Sequence record: Z35638.1
Origin: Escherichia phage phiX174
DNA: 3,164 nt
Direction: 5' to 3' (one strand)
Shown: one piece after another, positions 1 to 3,164 of the stretch
How positions within the stretch are numbered: position 1 is the stretch's first letter
Layout of the letters: each line of letters starts with the position of its first letter
Notes under the pieces: model-generated
The model's database searches: none
Told to the model about the DNA's origin: nothing
The model's input: the letters and a program-made list of their open reading frames with translations, nothing else
Position numbers and translations under genes: made by a program

Positions 1-130
1 GACGAAAGGGCCTCGTGATACGCCTATTTTTATAGGTTAATGTCATGATAATAATGGTTTCTTAGACGTCAGGTGGCACTTTTCGGGGAAATGTGCGCGG
101 AACCCCTATTTGTTTATTTTTCTAAATACA

Positions 131-159
131 TTCAAATATGTATCCGCTCATGAGACAAT
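131..159 (+). promoter_or_regulatory. bla promoter: -35 TTCAAA (131-136), 17-bp spacer, -10 GACAAT (154-159); RBS AGGAAG at 192-197 ahead of ATG 201
   Basis: Hexamers and spacing read directly from the sequence; position immediately upstream of bla matches the known beta-lactamase promoter of pBR322/pUC vectors (recalled, not searched). Confidence 0.6.
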
Positions 160-188
160 AACCCTGATAAATGCTTCAATAATATTGA

Positions 189-1061
<873 letters not shown>

Positions 1062-1121
1062 CTGTCAGACCAAGTTTACTCATATATACTTTAGATTGAT
1101 TTAAAACTTCATTTTTAATTT

Positions 1122-1147
1122 AAAAGGATCTAGGTGAAGATCCTTTT
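1122..1147 (+). terminator. Possible intrinsic terminator hairpin downstream of bla (stem aaaggatct / agatccttt, loop aggtga, then T-run)
   Basis: Inverted repeat followed by TTTT, seen directly in the sequence about 60 bp after the bla stop; function not demonstrated. Confidence 0.3.
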
Positions 1148-1231
1148 TGATAATCTCATGACCAAAATCCCTTAACGTGAGTTTTCGTTCCACTGAGCGT
1201 CAGACCCCGTAGAAAAGATCAAAGGATCTTC

Positions 1232-1836
1232 TTGAGATCCTTTTTTTCTGCGCGTAATCTGCTGCTTGCAAACAAAAAAACCACCGCTACCAGCGGTGGT
1301 TTGTTTGCCGGATCAAGAGCTACCAACTCTTTTTCCGAAGGTAACTGGCTTCAGCAGAGCGCAGATACCAAATACTGTCCTTCTAGTGTAGCCGTAGTTA
1401 GGCCACCACTTCAAGAACTCTGTAGCACCGCCTACATACCTCGCTCTGCTAATCCTGTTACCAGTGGCTGCTGCCAGTGGCGATAAGTCGTGTCTTACCG
1501 GGTTGGACTCAAGACGATAGTTACCGGATAAGGCGCAGCGGTCGGGCTGAACGGGGGGTTCGTGCACACAGCCCAGCTTGGAGCGAACGACCTACACCGA
1601 ACTGAGATACCTACAGCGTGAGCATTGAGAAAGCGCCACGCTTCCCGAAGGGAGAAAGGCGGACAGGTATCCGGTAAGCGGCAGGGTCGGAACAGGAGAG
1701 CGCACGAGGGAGCTTCCAGGGGGAAACGCCTGGTATCTTTATAGTCCTGTCGGGTTTCGCCACCTCTGACTTGAGCGTCGATTTTTGTGATGCTCGTCAG
1801 GGGGGCGGAGCCTATGGAAAAACGCCAGCAACGCGG
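1232..1836 (+). other. ColE1/pMB1-type plasmid origin of replication (RNA II primer region); RNA II promoter -35 TTGAGA 1232-1237, -10 TAATCT 1255-1260, RNA II start about 1267, RNA-to-DNA switch about 1820
   Basis: Sequence ttgagatcctttttttctgcgcgtaatctgctgcttgcaaacaaaaaaaccaccgctaccagcggtggtttg ... gcctatggaaaaacgccagcaacgcgg matches the pBR322/pUC origin as recalled; promoter hexamers with 17-bp spacer read directly. Confidence 0.9.
1271..1378 (-). ncRNA. RNA I, antisense copy-number control RNA (about 108 nt) complementary to the 5' end of RNA II; promoter on the minus strand around 1384-1414
   Basis: Reverse complement of 1368-1378 is ACAGTATTTGG, the recalled RNA I 5' end; the stem accaccgctaccagcggtggt (1281-1301) plus adjacent A-run (T-run on the minus strand) forms its terminator. 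Ends are approximate. Confidence 0.7.
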
Positions 1837-2002
1837 CCTTTTTACGGTTCCTGGCCTTTTGCTGGCCTTTTGCTCACATGTTCTTTCCTGCGTTATCCCC
1901 TGATTCTGTGGATAACCGTATTACCGCCTTTGAGTGAGCTGATACCGCTCGCCGCAGCCGAACGACCGAGCGCAGCGAGTCAGTGAGCGAGGAAGCGGAA
2001 GA

Positions 2003-2095
2003 GCGCCCAATACGCAAACCGCCTCTCCCCGCGCGTTGGCCGATTCATTAATGCAGCTGGCACGACAGGTTTCCCGACTGGAAAGCGGGCAGTGA
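2003..2095 (+). pseudogene. lacI: 3'-terminal remnant of lacI (last codons ...LARQVSRLESGQ then stop TGA 2093-2095); no functional repressor gene in the window
   Basis: In-frame translation of ctggcacgacaggtttcccgactggaaagcgggcagtga gives the recalled LacI C-terminus; there is no upstream lacI body. The 5' boundary is approximate. Confidence 0.7.
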
Positions 2096-2108
2096 GCGCA
2101 ACGCAATT

Positions 2109-2130
2109 AATGTGAGTTAGCTCACTCATT
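2109..2130. promoter_or_regulatory. CAP/CRP binding site of the lac promoter (aatgtgagttagctcactcatt)
   Basis: Near-palindromic TGTGA...TCACT motif at the canonical position upstream of the lac -35. Confidence 0.7.
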
Positions 2131-2143
2131 AGGCACCCCAGGC

Positions 2144-2173
2144 TTTACACTTTATGCTTCCGGCTCGTATGTT
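2144..2173 (+). promoter_or_regulatory. lac promoter: -35 TTTACA (2144-2149), 18-bp spacer, -10 TATGTT (2168-2173)
   Basis: Hexamers and spacing read directly; context identical to the pUC lac promoter as recalled. Confidence 0.85.
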
Positions 2174-2215
2174 GTGTGGAATTGTGAGCGGATAACAATT
2201 TCACACAGGAAACAG
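2162..2215 (+). repeat. Direct repeat copy 1 (lac promoter -10/lacO/SD segment), 54 bp
   Basis: ggctcgtatGTtgtgtggaattgtgagcggataacaatttcacacaggaaacag; 52 of 54 positions match copy 2, located 121 bp downstream. Confidence 0.85.
2180..2200. promoter_or_regulatory. lac operator O1, first copy (aattgtgagcggataacaatt)
   Basis: Exact 21-bp lacO1 sequence seen directly. Confidence 0.9.
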
Positions 2216-2217
2216 CT

Positions 2218-2241
2218 ATGACCATGATTACGCCAAGCTGA
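2218..2241 (+). other. Truncated lacZ' leader: ATG ACC ATG ATT ACG CCA AGC TGA (MTMITPS then stop), ended by a stop at the junction scar
   Basis: Direct translation; the TGA at 2239-2241 spans the altered HindIII site (aagctG) and the first bases of the EcoRI site. Confidence 0.6.
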
Positions 2242-2250
2242 ATTCAGCTT
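2235..2250. other. Cloning scar: filled-in HindIII site with inserted EcoRI hexamer (aagct-gaattc-agctt); EcoRI at 2240-2245, with a second EcoRI at 2764-2769 at the far end of the insert
   Basis: Seen directly: AAGCT + GAATTC + AGCTT is what a Klenow-filled HindIII end joined to GAATTC produces. The pUC polylinker between HindIII and EcoRI is absent. Confidence 0.55.
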
Positions 2251-2266
2251 ACTCCCCATCCCCCTG

Positions 2267-2294
2267 TTGACAATTAATCATCGGCTCGTATAAT
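2267..2294 (+). promoter_or_regulatory. tac hybrid promoter: -35 TTGACA (2267-2272), 16-bp spacer, -10 TATAAT (2289-2294); SD AGGA at 2328-2331; BamHI GGATCC at 2336-2341
   Basis: Consensus hexamers with 16-bp spacer read directly; the surrounding actccccatccccctgttgacaattaatcatcggctcgtataatg matches the commercial tac promoter cassette as recalled. Confidence 0.9.
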
Positions 2295-2336
2295 GTGTGG
2301 AATTGTGAGCGGATAACAATTTCACACAGGAAACAG
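2283..2336 (+). repeat. Direct repeat copy 2 (tac promoter -10/lacO/SD segment), 54 bp
   Basis: ggctcgtatAAtgtgtggaattgtgagcggataacaatttcacacaggaaacag; differs from copy 1 only at the two -10 bases. Confidence 0.85.
2301..2321. promoter_or_regulatory. lac operator O1, second copy, within the tac promoter transcript start region
   Basis: Exact aattgtgagcggataacaatt seen directly. Confidence 0.9.
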
Positions 2337-2448
2337 GATCCTGCCGTTTTGGATTTAACCGAAGATGATTTCGATTTTCTGACGAGTAACAAAGTTTGGA
2401 TTGCTACTGACCGCTCTCGTGCTCGTCGCTGCGTTGAGGCTTGCGTTT

Positions 2449-3019
<571 letters not shown>

Positions 3020-3164
3020 TTAAGCCAGCCCCGACACCCGCCAACACCCGCTGACGCGCCCTGACGGGCTTGTCTGCTCCCGGCATCCGCTTACAGACAA
3101 GCTGTGACCGTCTCCGGGAGCTGCATGTGTCAGAGGTTTTCACCGTCATCACCGAAACGCGCGA

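Noticed and set aside
1221-1247. Second hairpin plus T-run (aaaggatct / agatccttt, then TTTTTTT) upstream of the origin as a plus-strand terminator
   Set aside because: It overlaps the RNA II promoter -35 (1232-1237) and may just be backbone sequence; not enough support to call it a separate feature.
1232-1567. ORFs 1232..1486 (+) and 1313..1567 (-) inside the replication origin
   Set aside because: The region is the RNA II/RNA I non-coding replication control region; the ORFs are unsupported reading frames across structured RNA.
1771-2106. ORFs 1771..1986 (+) and 1921..2106 (-) across the origin/lac junction
   Set aside because: They span the origin end, the backbone junction and the lacI remnant/CAP site; no coding signal. 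The only real coding remnant here is the short lacI 3' end on the plus strand.
2401-2448. N-terminal extension of E from TTG 2401 (MLLTALVLVAALRLAF) as in the 107-aa track ORF
   Set aside because: The authentic E start is ATG 2449, preceded by GAGG at the proper spacing; the upstream TTG codon has no SD and the extension is D coding sequence read in the E frame.

Overview
This window is not a natural genomic locus and I found no undescribed biological system in it. It reads as a complete, circularly permuted laboratory plasmid of 3164 bp: the 3' end (...accgaaacgcgcga) runs directly into the 5' end (gacgaaagggcctcgtgatacgcc...) as in pUC-family backbones. Contents in order: bla promoter and a pUC-type TEM beta-lactamase (201..1061); a ColE1/pMB1-type origin with RNA II and antisense RNA I (about 1232..1836); a lacI 3' remnant, CAP site, lac promoter and lacO; a lacZ' leader cut short after 7 codons by a stop at a filled-in HindIII/EcoRI-linker scar; a tac promoter with lacO and SD followed by BamHI; then a fragment of bacteriophage phiX174 carrying a 5'-truncated gene D, the complete overlapping lysis gene E (2449..2724), and the first 12 codons of gene J fused in frame to lacZ-alpha (2729..3019). 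The E region carries about nine 6-bp restriction sites that are silent in the E frame but alter the overlapping D frame, which is the signature of a cassette-mutagenesis design. No tRNA, rRNA, CRISPR or mobile element is present. All identifications rest on reading the sequence and on recalled reference sequences; no search was run.
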